Assembly (NCBI GenBank): GCA_963675755.2
Contig: CAXXMD010000003.1
Span: 1,440,001 to 1,504,000, forward strand
Source: a bacterium
GTDB lineage: Bacteria; Zhuqueibacterota; Zhuqueibacteria; Residuimicrobiales; Krinioviventaceae
Direction: 5' to 3'
DNA: 64,000 nt
Part shown: positions 48,692 to 59,578 of the stretch, piece after piece
How positions within the stretch are numbered: position 1 is the first letter of the stretch
Layout: each line of letters opens with the position of its first letter
Position numbers and translations under genes: made by a program
Notes under the pieces: generated by a model
Told to the model about the DNA's origin: nothing
Database searches by the model: none
What the model saw: the letters and a program-made list of their open reading frames with translations, nothing else

Positions 48692-49951
48692 CTAGACCAA
48701 ATCTACAATCGAGCCAAAATCCGGATCAAATAATCGTTTATAAAATCGGGCAGCATATCTATCAGTCATACCCGCAATATAATCACAAAGCATTCTAATC
48801 TTTTTTACATTGTCCAATATATCGGCATGAATCACTCTTTCCATATCATCCGGTAGCAAGAGAAATTCTGTTTTTTTCTCAATATAATTATTTAAAAGCG
48901 CTTCAAAAATACGCTCTAACATAAAGTGGCCCTTGTACTCGAGCTGGCTGATTTGTGGAGAATCAAAAACGATATCTTTGGAAATTCTTTTATATACATT
49001 ACACTCTTTTTGAACCGCCGGATCAATCACCAGATCAAATTTATATCTATTGGTTCTATCACTCATAAAACCTTTTTTTTCCTGCAAGTGACAAGCTTTA
49101 ATAAACTCGCCAATTTTCATACCAAAGCGACTTTCAATACTTCCTGAACGGATTATCTCTTTTACACTCTTTACTATTTCTTTTTCATCCGGATCTGACA
49201 GTTGTTGATCATTTTCCCATTTCTCAATTTTTTCAAGGGTAATAAATCCGGTTTTTATACTGTCAACCATATCGTTCAATGAATACGAAGTATCATCAGA
49301 CCAATCCATAATCTGGCATTCTATGCTGCGGAATTTATTTATTCGTGAAACGATCTCTTCGGGAAAGGTTGAATGATCAAAAACAAAATCCAATATCTCC
49401 TGCTGGTCTGTATAAAGAAAATGATTTTTGGGTTTCTTTTTTTCATTAAACAATTCTTTATACTTTAATATACTATCTATAAATGCGCGGGTGGGTTTCA
49501 TACCTTTGCGATGACCATGGCTGGAATATATAGTATCAGTTAAAAAACGCAAAGTTTGTGCGTTTCCTTCAAAACCACCATACGGTCGCATTAGCAAATT
49601 TAATTTGCTTTCTCCCGCATGACCAAATGGCGGATGCCCCAGGTCATGTGCCAGGCATGCTGCTTCTACCAAATCCGCATCTATATAAAAAGTATCATCA
49701 AGATATTGACTGGAATGTTTTAATGAATTACAGATGGATCTACCAATTTGAGCAACCTCGATCGAGTGTGTCAAACGAGTTCTATAAAAATCATATTCTC
49801 CGGAAAAGAAAACCTGGGTTTTAGCCTGCAGCCTTCTAAAAGCAAAACTGTGGATAATTCTGTCACGATCAATTTGAAAAGGGGTACGATAATCAATATC
49901 ACGGTTTTCAAAGGTCTCTATATCAAATTCGTTGTAAAATTTATTATCCAT
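48692..49951 (-). CDS. dgt: Deoxyguanosinetriphosphate triphosphohydrolase (dGTPase)
   Basis: RRLQAKTQV, RTRLTHSIEV, HDLGHPPFGHAGE, FEGNAQ and DYIAGMTD motifs. Confidence 0.95.
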   Translation of the reverse strand: MDNKFYNEFDIETFENRDIDYRTPFQIDRDRIIHSFAFRRLQAKTQVFFSGEYDFYRTRLTHSIEVAQIGRSICNSLKHSSQYLDDTFYIDADLVEAACLAHDLGHPPFGHAGESKLNLLMRPYGGFEGNAQTLRFLTDTIYSSHGHRKGMKPTRAFIDSILKYKELFNEKKKPKNHFLYTDQQEILDFVFDHSTFPEEIVSRINKFRSIECQIMDWSDDTSYSLNDMVDSIKTGFITLEKIEKWENDQQLSDPDEKEIVKSVKEIIRSGSIESRFGMKIGEFIKACHLQEKKGFMSDRTNRYKFDLVIDPAVQKECNVYKRISKDIVFDSPQISQLEYKGHFMLERIFEALLNNYIEKKTEFLLLPDDMERVIHADILDNVKKIRMLCDYIAGMTDRYAARFYKRLFDPDFGSIVDLV

Positions 49952-50350
49952 AACTATATATTTTTCTTTAATTTAAATTATCTATTAACTTATCAACACT
50001 AAAAATATGGATAACTCTTGATTATCCCCAATAACAAGTGTATAGTATGTGAATTACTCAACAACAACTCACACAGACAAAAAAACTTTTACACATTGGT
50101 TAGTAAAGCAAGAATGATCCACAATCCATTCACATCAAAATGTGAATAAATATTGTATTTTCCAACTATTTTTTAAGGATATACGCCCTGTTTTAAAAGT
50201 TATCAACATATCCACGTTACCTACTATAACTAATCTTTTATAATATATATATATATTATATATAATATGGAATGATCTTTTTAAAGGAAAGATATGTTTA
50301 AGAAAGGATAGTATATAAATCAAGATATAGAATAAAAAAATATATGTTTT
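49849..50350. other. oriC: Chromosomal replication origin oriC
   Basis: Exact or near DnaA boxes at 49849 (TGTGGATAA), 49944, 49990, 50006, 50022, 50048, 50087, 50115, 50141, 50200 and 50208, then trio-like TACTATAACTAA and an AT-only tract. Confidence 0.85.
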
Positions 50351-50401
50351 AATCAAGGTATAGATATAAAAAAACCCTATCTAACAGACAGGGTTTAAAA
50401 G

Positions 50402-50474
50402 TGGCGCCTCCCAGAATCGAACTGGGGACACAGGGATTTTCAGTCCCTTGCTCTACCGACTGAGCTAAAGCGCC
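50402..50474 (-). tRNA. tRNA-Phe (GAA)
   Basis: Reverse complement GGCGCTTTAGCTCAGTCGGTAGAGCAAGGGACTGAAAATCCCTGTGTCCCCAGTTCGATTCTGGGAGGCGCCA folds as a cloverleaf; CCA not encoded. Confidence 0.97.
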
Positions 50475-50759
50475 ACAAAGACAGACATCAAGTTAGCAAA
50501 TTTTTTTAAAAAGTCAAGTAAAAAGATACATATACCCGAAAAAGAATTATTCTTTATTTTTTAACTTGTTATTAAATAGAAATTTAACGACTTGTAATAT
50601 AAGACTGGTCTCTTTTAAATTCCTTGCAAAAGATGTAAATTTTGTTTAATTTGACCCGTACTAATTGCCTCTATCTCTCTCAGATATTTTTTTAATTAGT
50701 ACCATAATTTAAATATTTATATAATTTTTCAATTGTCTCATGATCTTATGGAGGAAGTA

Positions 50760-53700
50760 ATGTCAAGAAAAATGGTAACATTAGACGGTAACGAAGCTGC
50801 CGCCTATGTGGCCCATAAGGTGAATGAAGTTATAGCAATATATCCAATTACTCCATCTTCTCCGATGGGTGAATGGTCTGATGCTTTTTCAGCCGCCGGG
50901 CAAAAGAACATCTGGGGTACTGTCCCCCAGGTTGTAGAAATGCAGAGTGAAGGTGGTGCTTCAGGTGCTGTTCATGGTGCATTGCAGACTGGTGCTTTAA
51001 CCACTACATTCACTGCGTCTCAGGGATTGCTGCTCATGATCCCAAATATGTTCAAAATTGCCGGTGAATTAACATCAACCGTATTTCACGTTTCAGCCCG
51101 TACAGTTGCTACTCATGCGCTTTCAATTTTTGGTGATCATAGTGATATTTTGGCCACTCGCTCAACTGGTTGGGCTTTGCTGGCTTCTAATTCAATTCAG
51201 GAAATTATGGATTTTGCATTAATATCGCAGGCAGCAACTCTGGATACACGTGTTCCTTTTATTCACTTTTTTGATGGTTTTAGATCATCTCATGAAGTTC
51301 AAAAAGTAGAACAATTAACAGTTGATGATATCAAAGCCATGATCGATGATGATAAAGTATTGGAACATCGTTCACGTGGTTTAACTCCTGATAATCCTGT
51401 TATTCGTGGTACTGCACAAAACCCGGATGTTTTCTTTCAGGCGCGCGAAACTGTAAATCCATTTTATAATGTTTGTCCTGAAAAAGTTCAAAATGCTATG
51501 GATAAATTTGCAAAAATCGTTGGTCGTCAATATAATCTTTTCGATTATGTTGGAGATCCAGATGCTGAACGCGTAATAATTCTTATGGGTTCAGGTGCAG
51601 AAGCAGCACAGGAAGCTGTAGAATATATGAATTCTCAAGGTGAAAAAGTGGGTATGATCAAAGTAAGATTGTATCGTCCTTTCTCAGCTGAACATTTTAT
51701 TAGAGCAATTCCTGCTTCTGTAAAAACACTGGGTGTTCTTGATCGTACAAAAGAACCCGGTTCAACTGGTGAACCTCTTTATAATGATGTACTTACAGTG
51801 CTTGGTGAAATGAACCAGGATGGTAAATTACCTTTTGCTTTACCAAAGGTTATTGGCGGACGTTATGGTCTTTCTTCAAAAGAATTTACTCCTGCTATGG
51901 TAAAAGGTATTTTTGACAATCTGGCTCAAGATAAACCAAAAAATCATTTTACTGTTGGTATTAATGAAGATTTAACCCATTCAAGTCTCGATTATGATCC
52001 AACATACTCTACTGAAAGTGATGATGTAGTTAGAGCTATTTTCTACGGTTTGGGTTCAGATGGTACTGTTGGTGCTAACAAAAACTCTATCAAAATTATT
52101 GGTGAAGAAACAGACAATTTTGCACAGGGTTATTTTGTATATGATTCTAAAAAAGCCGGTTCGGTTACTGTATCTCACTTGCGATTCGGACCCAAAGAAA
52201 TTCATTCCACTTATTTAATCGATCAAGCTAACTTTGTAGCATGCCACCAACAATTTTTTATTGAAAAATTCAATGTTGTTGAAAAAGCAGCCGACGGTGC
52301 AACATTTTTGTTAAACTCTTTGGCTAGCCCTGAAGAAGTTTGGAACACTCTTGCGAAACCCATTCAGAAAACAATTATTGATAAAAAAATGAAATTGTAT
52401 GTAATTGACGCATATGATGTTGCCAAGAAAACCGGTATGGGTGTAAGAATCAATACTATCATGCAGACCTGTTTCTTTGCTATCTCTGGTGTTCTTCCCA
52501 AAGATGAAGCTATTGAATACATCAAGGGCGCAATCAAGAAAACATACAGTAAAAAAGGTGACCAGATTGTACAGATGAACTATAAAGCTGTTGATGAAAC
52601 ACTTGCTCATCTGCATGAAGTAAAAATTACGGATTCAGTAACAAGCGATAAAGATATGCCACAACTGATTCCTGATGATGCACCTGAATTTGTGAAAAAT
52701 GTAGTTTCTAAAATTATTGTAAATAAAGGTGATGATGTTCCAACAAGTGCTTTCCCTGTAGATGGTACTTTTGAAAGTGGCACTACTCAATTTGATAAAC
52801 GCAATATTGCACTTGATATTCCGGAATGGGATCCTGAAACCTGTATTCAATGTAACAAATGTGCTATGGTTTGTCCTCATGCTGCAATCAGACCCAAAGT
52901 TTATGATCCTAAAAACTTGTCTGGTGCTCCGGAAAAATTCAAATCTGTTAAAGCACGTGGTAAAGATTTTCCTGAAGACTGGGTATTTACACTCCAGGTT
53001 GCTCCTGAAGATTGTACCGGTTGTACCCTTTGTGTTGAAGTTTGTCCTGCAAAGAACAAAAAAGAAGTTGGTAAAAAAGCAATCAACATGGTTCCACAAC
53101 CACCTATCCGTGAAGCTGAACGTGAAAACTATAAATTCTTCCTTGATATCCCAGAACCGGATAGAAGAGAAGTTAAAGTTGGAACTGTTAAAGGTTCACA
53201 ATTACTTCGTCCATTATTTGAATATTCTGGTGCTTGTGCTGGCTGTGGTGAAACACCATATGTAAAACTGCTTTCACAATTATTTGGTGATCGTAGTGTT
53301 ATTGCTAATGCAACCGGTTGTTCTTCAATTTACGGTGGTAACTTGCCAACCTTCCCCTATACAAAAGATCAAAATGGTCGTGGACCCGCATGGTCAAATT
53401 CATTATTTGAAGACAATGCTGAATTTGGTATGGGTTTTAGAATGACCCTTGATAAACAAAATGAATTTGCTCGTGAATTGGTTCAAACCCTTTCAGCAGA
53501 AATTGGTGATACATTAGCAAAAGAATTATTGGAAGCTGATCAAGCTGATGAATCCGGAATTCATGATCAACGTGAACGTGTAAAAAAATTAAAAGAAAAA
53601 CTAGCTGGTAATTCTTCTCAGGAAGCAAAGCATTTGCTTTCACTTGCAGATAAACTGGTTAAAAAGAGTGTTTGGATTTTAGGTGGAGACGGATGGGCCT

Positions 53701-54329
53701 ATGATATTGGTTATGGCGGTTTAGACCATGTATTGGCTTCTGGTCGTAACATCAACATCTTGGTAATGGACACCGAAGTTTATTCAAATACAGGTGGCCA
53801 GATGTCAAAATCTACTCCTCTTGGAGCAGTAGCAAAATTTGCAGCTGCTGGTAAACCTTTGCCGAAAAAAGATGCTGGTATGATCTTTATGACATATGGA
53901 AATATTTATGTAGCACGTGTTGCTATGGGTTATAATGATCTCCAGGTTGTAAAAGCAATGATGGAAGCAGATGCATATGATGGTCCAAGTATCATTTTTG
54001 CATATTCTCATTGTATTGCTCATGGTATCAATATGGCAAAAGGAATGGAAGAGCAAAAAGCTGCGGTTGAAAGCGGTCATTACCAGTTATTCCGTTTCAA
54101 TCCAGAAAACGCTGCTGAAGGTAAAAATCCATTAATATTGGATTCCAAACCTCCAAAAATTACTTTTGAAGATTTTGCTTACCGTGAAAATCGCTTTAAA
54201 ATGCTGACTAAATCACAACCCGAACGTGCAAAAATGCTGTTAGGTCTTGCTCAGGAAGATATTACCAAACGCATTAAAATCTATCAGGAATGGGCAGCAA
54301 TGGATTATAGTAACGGTAATGAAGAATAA
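50760..54329 (+). CDS. nifJ: Pyruvate:ferredoxin (flavodoxin) oxidoreductase
   Basis: YPITPSS, MQSEGGA, two ferredoxin motifs (CIQCNKC, CTGCTLC), GACAGCGETPY, GGDGWAYDIG. Confidence 0.97.
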   Translation: MSRKMVTLDGNEAAAYVAHKVNEVIAIYPITPSSPMGEWSDAFSAAGQKNIWGTVPQVVEMQSEGGASGAVHGALQTGALTTTFTASQGLLLMIPNMFKIAGELTSTVFHVSARTVATHALSIFGDHSDILATRSTGWALLASNSIQEIMDFALISQAATLDTRVPFIHFFDGFRSSHEVQKVEQLTVDDIKAMIDDDKVLEHRSRGLTPDNPVIRGTAQNPDVFFQARETVNPFYNVCPEKVQNAMDKFAKIVGRQYNLFDYVGDPDAERVIILMGSGAEAAQEAVEYMNSQGEKVGMIKVRLYRPFSAEHFIRAIPASVKTLGVLDRTKEPGSTGEPLYNDVLTVLGEMNQDGKLPFALPKVIGGRYGLSSKEFTPAMVKGIFDNLAQDKPKNHFTVGINEDLTHSSLDYDPTYSTESDDVVRAIFYGLGSDGTVGANKNSIKIIGEETDNFAQGYFVYDSKKAGSVTVSHLRFGPKEIHSTYLIDQANFVACHQQFFIEKFNVVEKAADGATFLLNSLASPEEVWNTLAKPIQKTIIDKKMKLYVIDAYDVAKKTGMGVRINTIMQTCFFAISGVLPKDEAIEYIKGAIKKTYSKKGDQIVQMNYKAVDETLAHLHEVKITDSVTSDKDMPQLIPDDAPEFVKNVVSKIIVNKGDDVPTSAFPVDGTFESGTTQFDKRNIALDIPEWDPETCIQCNKCAMVCPHAAIRPKVYDPKNLSGAPEKFKSVKARGKDFPEDWVFTLQVAPEDCTGCTLCVEVCPAKNKKEVGKKAINMVPQPPIREAERENYKFFLDIPEPDRREVKVGTVKGSQLLRPLFEYSGACAGCGETPYVKLLSQLFGDRSVIANATGCSSIYGGNLPTFPYTKDQNGRGPAWSNSLFEDNAEFGMGFRMTLDKQNEFARELVQTLSAEIGDTLAKELLEADQADESGIHDQRERVKKLKEKLAGNSSQEAKHLLSLADKLVKKSVWILGGDGWAYDIGYGGLDHVLASGRNINILVMDTEVYSNTGGQMSKSTPLGAVAKFAAAGKPLPKKDAGMIFMTYGNIYVARVAMGYNDLQVVKAMMEADAYDGPSIIFAYSHCIAHGINMAKGMEEQKAAVESGHYQLFRFNPENAAEGKNPLILDSKPPKITFEDFAYRENRFKMLTKSQPERAKMLLGLAQEDITKRIKIYQEWAAMDYSNGNEE

Positions 54330-54404
54330 TAGAATTGTTTAGATTGCAGCGCATTAAGCGCTGCATGTCTTTTTAAACACGAAATTTCGAAAGGATAGCG
54401 AAAT

Positions 54405-55409
54405 ATGGATTTAACAACCAAATATATGGGATTAACTTTAAAAAATCCTCTTGTACCATCTGCTTCTCCGCTATCAAAAGATTTGGATAATATAAAGAAA
54501 CTTGAAGATGCTGGTGCGTCTGCAATCGTTTTATACTCTTTATTTGAAGAACAGATCAATTTTGAAGCGAGCGAAATGGACTACTTTTTAACAAGAGGAA
54601 CTCACAGTTTTGCTGAAGCTTTATCTTATTTTCCTGAATCTGATGATTATTACAGAGGACCTGAAGAATATCTTGAACACATTCAGGCTGTAAAAAAATC
54701 AACCAATATTCCTGTAATTGCCAGTTTAAATGGTGTATCAACAGGTGGTTGGATTGACTATGCTAAAAAAATGCAGGATGCAGGTGCAGATGCGCTTGAA
54801 TTAAATATTTACTTTTTAGCAACTGATTCCGGTATGGAATGTCGTCAGATTGAAAATCAATATAATATTATTTTGAAAGCAGTTAAAGCTAATGTTAATA
54901 TTCCAGTTGCTGTTAAAATAGGCTCAAATTTTAGTTCTATTCCTAGAACTGCTCTTGAATTACAAGATAATGGTGCAGACGCATTGGTTATGTTTAATCG
55001 TTTTTATCAACCAGATCTGGATCTTGATGAATTGGAAGTAAAACCAGGTGTTGTTCTTTCTTCATCAAATGATCTTCGTGTACCATTGAGATGGATTGCT
55101 ATTTTAAGAGATAAAATGGACATTTCTCTTGCCGGCACCACTGGTGTTCATACTGCCCTGGATGCTTTAAAATTAATTGCAGCTGGTGCAGATGTAACTC
55201 AAATGTGTGCTTCATTGTTGGTTAATGGACCTTCTTATTTGGGAACCATTTTAGCTGATATGGAAAAATGGCTCGATGAAAAAGAATATGCTTCTCTTGA
55301 TATTCTACGTGGCAGCATGAGTCAAAAAGCTGTTGCTGATCCTGGCGCTTTTGAAAGAGCAAATTATATGAAAGCCCTGAACGAATTCAAAAATCAATAC
55401 GTTCGTTAA
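54405..55409 (+). CDS. Dihydroorotate dehydrogenase-like protein
   Basis: LKNPLVPSASPL, SLFEEQ, ADALELN and FNRFYQPD motifs. Confidence 0.9.
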   Translation: MDLTTKYMGLTLKNPLVPSASPLSKDLDNIKKLEDAGASAIVLYSLFEEQINFEASEMDYFLTRGTHSFAEALSYFPESDDYYRGPEEYLEHIQAVKKSTNIPVIASLNGVSTGGWIDYAKKMQDAGADALELNIYFLATDSGMECRQIENQYNIILKAVKANVNIPVAVKIGSNFSSIPRTALELQDNGADALVMFNRFYQPDLDLDELEVKPGVVLSSSNDLRVPLRWIAILRDKMDISLAGTTGVHTALDALKLIAAGADVTQMCASLLVNGPSYLGTILADMEKWLDEKEYASLDILRGSMSQKAVADPGAFERANYMKALNEFKNQYVR

Positions 55410-55430
55410 TTCATTATTCATATTTATTTT

Positions 55431-55469
55431 AAAAACCGGATTATTTTTAAAATAATCCGGTTTTTTTTT
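55431..55469 (+). terminator. Rho-independent terminator
   Basis: AAAAACCGGATTATTTT...AAAATAATCCGGTTTTTTTT. Confidence 0.8.
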
Positions 55470-55564
55470 GATTGCTCCTTTTTCAATAAAAAGACTTGCA
55501 TTTTACCCAAAAAATTATTAATTATATGAGTTTTAATTTAGAACCTTAAATTGGAGAAGTCTTA

Positions 55565-55708
55565 ATGAAACGCACTTATCAACCGAGCCGTAGAAAACGT
55601 GCAAACAAACATGGTTTTCGGGAAAGAATGAGCAGTAAAAACGGACGCCTGGTATTAAAGAGAAGAAGAGCCAAAGGCAGAAAACGTTTAACCGTCAGTG
55701 ATGAATAG
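55565..55708 (+). CDS. rpmH: 50S ribosomal protein L34
   Basis: Manual translation [47 protein letters not shown] (too short for the ORF track). Confidence 0.97.
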   Translation: MKRTYQPSRRKRANKHGFRERMSSKNGRLVLKRRRAKGRKRLTVSDE

Positions 55709-55722
55709 TCGTAATAAATTTT

Positions 55723-56103
55723 GTGAAGAAAAGTCTCCCGAAAAAGATTATATTAAAAAAGAATAAATCCTTTAATAAAGTGTTTAAAAAGGGAGACAAA
55801 TTTTCTTCACAATTTTTTATGGCTTATTTAATTCCTTCTGATTCTTTACATGTTGGATTTGCTGCTCAACGAGGATACAAGAATAAACCACAACGAAATC
55901 GGTTAAAACGAATTACCCGTGAATTGTGGAGATTAAACTATAAAGAATTTAATTTTAGTTTTGATATGGTACTTGTAACTAAAATATCTGTTTTAAATAC
56001 AGAACATGATATTTTTAAAAATGATTTTAAAATCTTGTTAAATAAAATCCAACATAATTCATCTAGTTTGAATTGTGAAAAAAACAACATTAAAACATGT
56101 TAA
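55723..56103 (+). CDS. rnpA: Ribonuclease P protein component
   Basis: [10 protein letters not shown] (RNR motif); position after rpmH. Confidence 0.9.
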   Translation: MKKSLPKKIILKKNKSFNKVFKKGDKFSSQFFMAYLIPSDSLHVGFAAQRGYKNKPQRNRLKRITRELWRLNYKEFNFSFDMVLVTKISVLNTEHDIFKNDFKILLNKIQHNSSSLNCEKNNIKTC

Positions 56104-56327
56104 AAACAATCAACACAATTATAGTAAAGATATCAGTTTTATTAATTCGTTTTTATAAAATTGCTATATCACCTCTTTTTCCCAATACTTGTAGATTTTA
56201 TCCATCCTGTTCAACGTATTCAATTCAAGCATTTGAAAAGTATGGCTTTTTCAAAGGATTAATAAAATCCATTTGGAGAATTTTAAGGTGTAATCCATTT
56301 AATCCGGGCGGACATGATCCGGCATAA
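56097..56327 (+). CDS. yidD: Membrane protein insertion efficiency factor
   Basis: [10 protein letters not shown] and [12 protein letters not shown] motifs. Confidence 0.95.
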   Translation: MLKTINTIIVKISVLLIRFYKIAISPLFPNTCRFYPSCSTYSIQAFEKYGFFKGLIKSIWRILRCNPFNPGGHDPA

Positions 56328-56356
56328 TATATAATATAACAGACAAGAGTTTTTTC

Positions 56357-58138
56357 ATGAATATGGATAAAAAAACAATTTTTGCATTTTTAATGATTGG
56401 TATGGTACTCGTTCTAGTTAATACTCCTTTTTATCAAAAAACCTTTAATCCTAAAGGGTACGAAGCCAAACAAAGAATGTTAAAACAAAGACAAGCCCAA
56501 AAAATGGGTACAGTCGCAGATACTACTGTTATTACTCCGGATTCTACTGAAATTATAATAAGACAGACTAAAATTGATCAGGAACCAGCTAAAGCAGAAC
56601 CTTTGCCTTCTATTTATTCTGTGAATGATACTATCCCTGAAGAAATAGTAACTGTTGAAACAGATTATTTTTCTGCACAATTTAGTTCAAAAGGTGCTGT
56701 TTTAACACACTGGGCTTTAAAAACATTTAAAGATTATAATGATGACAATGTAGAATTGTTACCCGATTTTACTGACGAAACTTTGGGAATTTTATTTGCT
56801 ACCAAAGAAGGGGACACCCTTAATACTTCTCATATTAATTATAAAATAAATGGTAGTAATTCTATTTCTTTATCAGGGAATCAATCAAAATCTGTTAAAT
56901 TTATCCTGGATTTTGGAGATTCTAAACAATTAATCAAAGAATATATATTTTATAATAATACATATCATATGGATTTAAAAGTTCATATGGTGAATATGGA
57001 TCAAATGATTGCCGGGAAAGCCTATATTATCACAGCACCAGATGGTATGCCCAGTACAGAAAAACGTATCAAAGATGATATGCAATATGCTAAAGCCGGT
57101 TATGCATCAGGCGGTGAAGTAAACAAGAAATTTAAACCCAATGAAAAATTAAATAAAGAATCAGCAGCAATCGATTGGTTGGGTGTTAGAACCAAATATT
57201 TTACATTTACTATCATTCCTGAAAGCGTCAAGGGTGAAGCTGCATTAATATCCGGTCAGGAAATACCAGTTCCTAATTCCAAAACCAAAGCAAAATGGAA
57301 AAAGTTTTCTGTTTCTCTTGTAATGCCATTTTTTAATCAAACCAATACAGTAGATACTTATAAAATCTACCTTGGCCCACTCGATAATGATATTTTAAAA
57401 TCATACAATATTCATTTAGAAAAATTTATGGATTTTGGTGCCAAAATTATTCAACCTTTTAGTATTGCCATTCTTTGGAGTTTTAAAAAGCTTCATACTA
57501 TTATTCCTAATTATGGATTTGTGCTCATTCTTTTCTCAATACTTATCAAAATCATTGTATATCCTTTAACTCATAAAAGTTACGAGTCCATGCAAAAAAT
57601 GCAGGCATTACAACCCAAACTTACCGAGTTGAAAGAAAAATATTCAAATGATCCACAAAAATTAAATGCAGCAACCATGAACCTCTATAAAGAACAAAAA
57701 GTGAATCCTCTAGGTGGTTGTTTACCCATGCTGCTTCAAATGCCTCTTTTGTGGGGATTATTTATTGTTTTTAGAACCACAATAGAATTAAGAGGAGAGG
57801 GATTTATCTGGTGGATCAAAGATTTGGCAAGTCCCGATACTATTGCCACTTTACCATTTATGATACCCATGTATGGAGATACTGTTAATATTCTTCCATT
57901 ATTTATGGGAGCTACAATGTTAATTCAGCAAAAAATGACTATCACTGATCCTAAACAAAAAATGATGGTTTATTTTATGCCGCTTTTTCTGACATTGTTA
58001 TTTAATCAATTTCCATCTGGATTGAATTTATACTATGCATTGTTTAATATTTTATCAATAATACAACAAAAGTGGTTGGTACCCAGAAAGATGGCTGCAG
58101 AGGCTGTTGTAACCACACCGAAAAAGAAAAAGATTTAA
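56357..58138 (+). CDS. yidC: Membrane protein insertase YidC
   Basis: Periplasmic domain; NPLGGCLPMLLQMP; WIKDL; PSGLNLYY. Confidence 0.96.
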   Translation: MNMDKKTIFAFLMIGMVLVLVNTPFYQKTFNPKGYEAKQRMLKQRQAQKMGTVADTTVITPDSTEIIIRQTKIDQEPAKAEPLPSIYSVNDTIPEEIVTVETDYFSAQFSSKGAVLTHWALKTFKDYNDDNVELLPDFTDETLGILFATKEGDTLNTSHINYKINGSNSISLSGNQSKSVKFILDFGDSKQLIKEYIFYNNTYHMDLKVHMVNMDQMIAGKAYIITAPDGMPSTEKRIKDDMQYAKAGYASGGEVNKKFKPNEKLNKESAAIDWLGVRTKYFTFTIIPESVKGEAALISGQEIPVPNSKTKAKWKKFSVSLVMPFFNQTNTVDTYKIYLGPLDNDILKSYNIHLEKFMDFGAKIIQPFSIAILWSFKKLHTIIPNYGFVLILFSILIKIIVYPLTHKSYESMQKMQALQPKLTELKEKYSNDPQKLNAATMNLYKEQKVNPLGGCLPMLLQMPLLWGLFIVFRTTIELRGEGFIWWIKDLASPDTIATLPFMIPMYGDTVNILPLFMGATMLIQQKMTITDPKQKMMVYFMPLFLTLLFNQFPSGLNLYYALFNILSIIQQKWLVPRKMAAEAVVTTPKKKKI

Positions 58139-58185
58139 TTATCAAGCCCTGCCTTCAAGCGCAGGGCTTTACTTTTAGAGCATCT

Positions 58186-59553
58186 ATGAATACATATACA
58201 GATACGATTGCGGCAATTTCTACTCCTCGTGGAACCGGTGCAATAGCAATTGTTAGAATTAATGGCAATCACAGTATTGATCTGGTAGAAAAAATTTTTG
58301 TTTCAAAGAATAATAATAAATTATCTCATGCAAAAGCTACATTCGGTTCTATAATTCAAGATAACAATAGTATACTTGATCAGGTTGTCGTGACCTTATT
58401 CAAAGGACCCAATTCATTTACCGGTGAAGATCTGGTTGAAATTAGCTGTCATGGTGGACCTTTGGTTGTTCAATCTTTATTACAAAAAATACTGGACCTT
58501 GGGGCAAGACTTGCTGAACCCGGTGAATTTTCAACCAGGGCTTTTTTAAATGGCAAAATAGATCTTGTTCAGGCCGAATCAATAATTGATGTTATTCATG
58601 CACAGACACAGTCTGCACTTCAATCTTCTATGGTTGAACTAACTGGTCAATTATCTCAAAAATTTAATTATATTGCAGATACTTTAAAAGAAAATACAGC
58701 TCTTTTGGAACTTGAACTTGATTTTTCAGATGAAGATATTGAATTCGCTAAAAGAGACGAATTGCTTAAAAAATTAAAAAATATATCAACTACAATCAAT
58801 AATTTTATATCAACATTCAATTATGGACGAATAATAAGAGATGGAGCTCATATAGTAATTACAGGTAAACCAAATGTTGGTAAATCTAGTTTATTAAACA
58901 AGTTACTGGACCAGGATCGAGCTCTTGTATCTGATATTCCTGGTACAACCCGTGATTCAATTGAAGAATCTTTGAATATTCAGGGGTATTTATTTAAAAT
59001 AACGGATACTGCAGGTCTACGGCAATCTATTGATATTGTTGAGCAGGAGGGAGTTAAACGGACTCATAAGATAATTGAACAAGCAGATATTCTTTTACAC
59101 TTGATTGATATTAATGAAGAGCTTGAAATTTCTCAAGAAGTAAATATTGATAATAATAAATATCATATAATAATTATAAATAAAATCGATACTGTTCAAG
59201 AGTATAATAAAAAAAGTATAATAGATAAATTTAATTCTTTTCCTACAATTTTTACTTCAGTAAAACAGGGGATAGGAATAGCAGAAATAGAACAACAACT
59301 CTTGAGTTTTATCTCAAAAAATGAAATTCCTGAGACACATAATATAATTACCAAAGTTCGTCACAGAGACGCTTTGGTTAAAGCAGTTTCTTTTTTAGAT
59401 CATGCAATTCAATCTTTGGAAAAAAATCTATCTCCTGAATTTATTGCATTAGATCTTCGAGCTGCTCTGGATCAAATAGGTGAGATCACAGGAACGGTTA
59501 CTACCGATGATATTTTGAATGATATCTTTGGTAAATTTTGTATTGGAAAATAA
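58186..59553 (+). CDS. mnmE: tRNA modification GTPase MnmE
   Basis: DTIAAIST, GKPNVGKSS, PGTTRD, DTAG and C-terminal FCIGK motifs. Confidence 0.96.
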   Translation: MNTYTDTIAAISTPRGTGAIAIVRINGNHSIDLVEKIFVSKNNNKLSHAKATFGSIIQDNNSILDQVVVTLFKGPNSFTGEDLVEISCHGGPLVVQSLLQKILDLGARLAEPGEFSTRAFLNGKIDLVQAESIIDVIHAQTQSALQSSMVELTGQLSQKFNYIADTLKENTALLELELDFSDEDIEFAKRDELLKKLKNISTTINNFISTFNYGRIIRDGAHIVITGKPNVGKSSLLNKLLDQDRALVSDIPGTTRDSIEESLNIQGYLFKITDTAGLRQSIDIVEQEGVKRTHKIIEQADILLHLIDINEELEISQEVNIDNNKYHIIIINKIDTVQEYNKKSIIDKFNSFPTIFTSVKQGIGIAEIEQQLLSFISKNEIPETHNIITKVRHRDALVKAVSFLDHAIQSLEKNLSPEFIALDLRAALDQIGEITGTVTTDDILNDIFGKFCIGK

Positions 59554-59578
59554 ATCTCATATACTGAAATAGAAAAAT

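Noticed and set aside
48692-49951. dGTPase as an anti-phage defence gene
   Set aside because: It has housekeeping-type length and a core-genome context next to oriC, with no adjacent defence genes.
50135-50356. 73-aa ORF in the AT-rich tract
   Set aside because: Low-complexity translation overlapping the origin unwinding element.
50402-50474. tRNA-Phe as an island integration site
   Set aside because: No integrase or duplicated tRNA 3' end was seen in the window.
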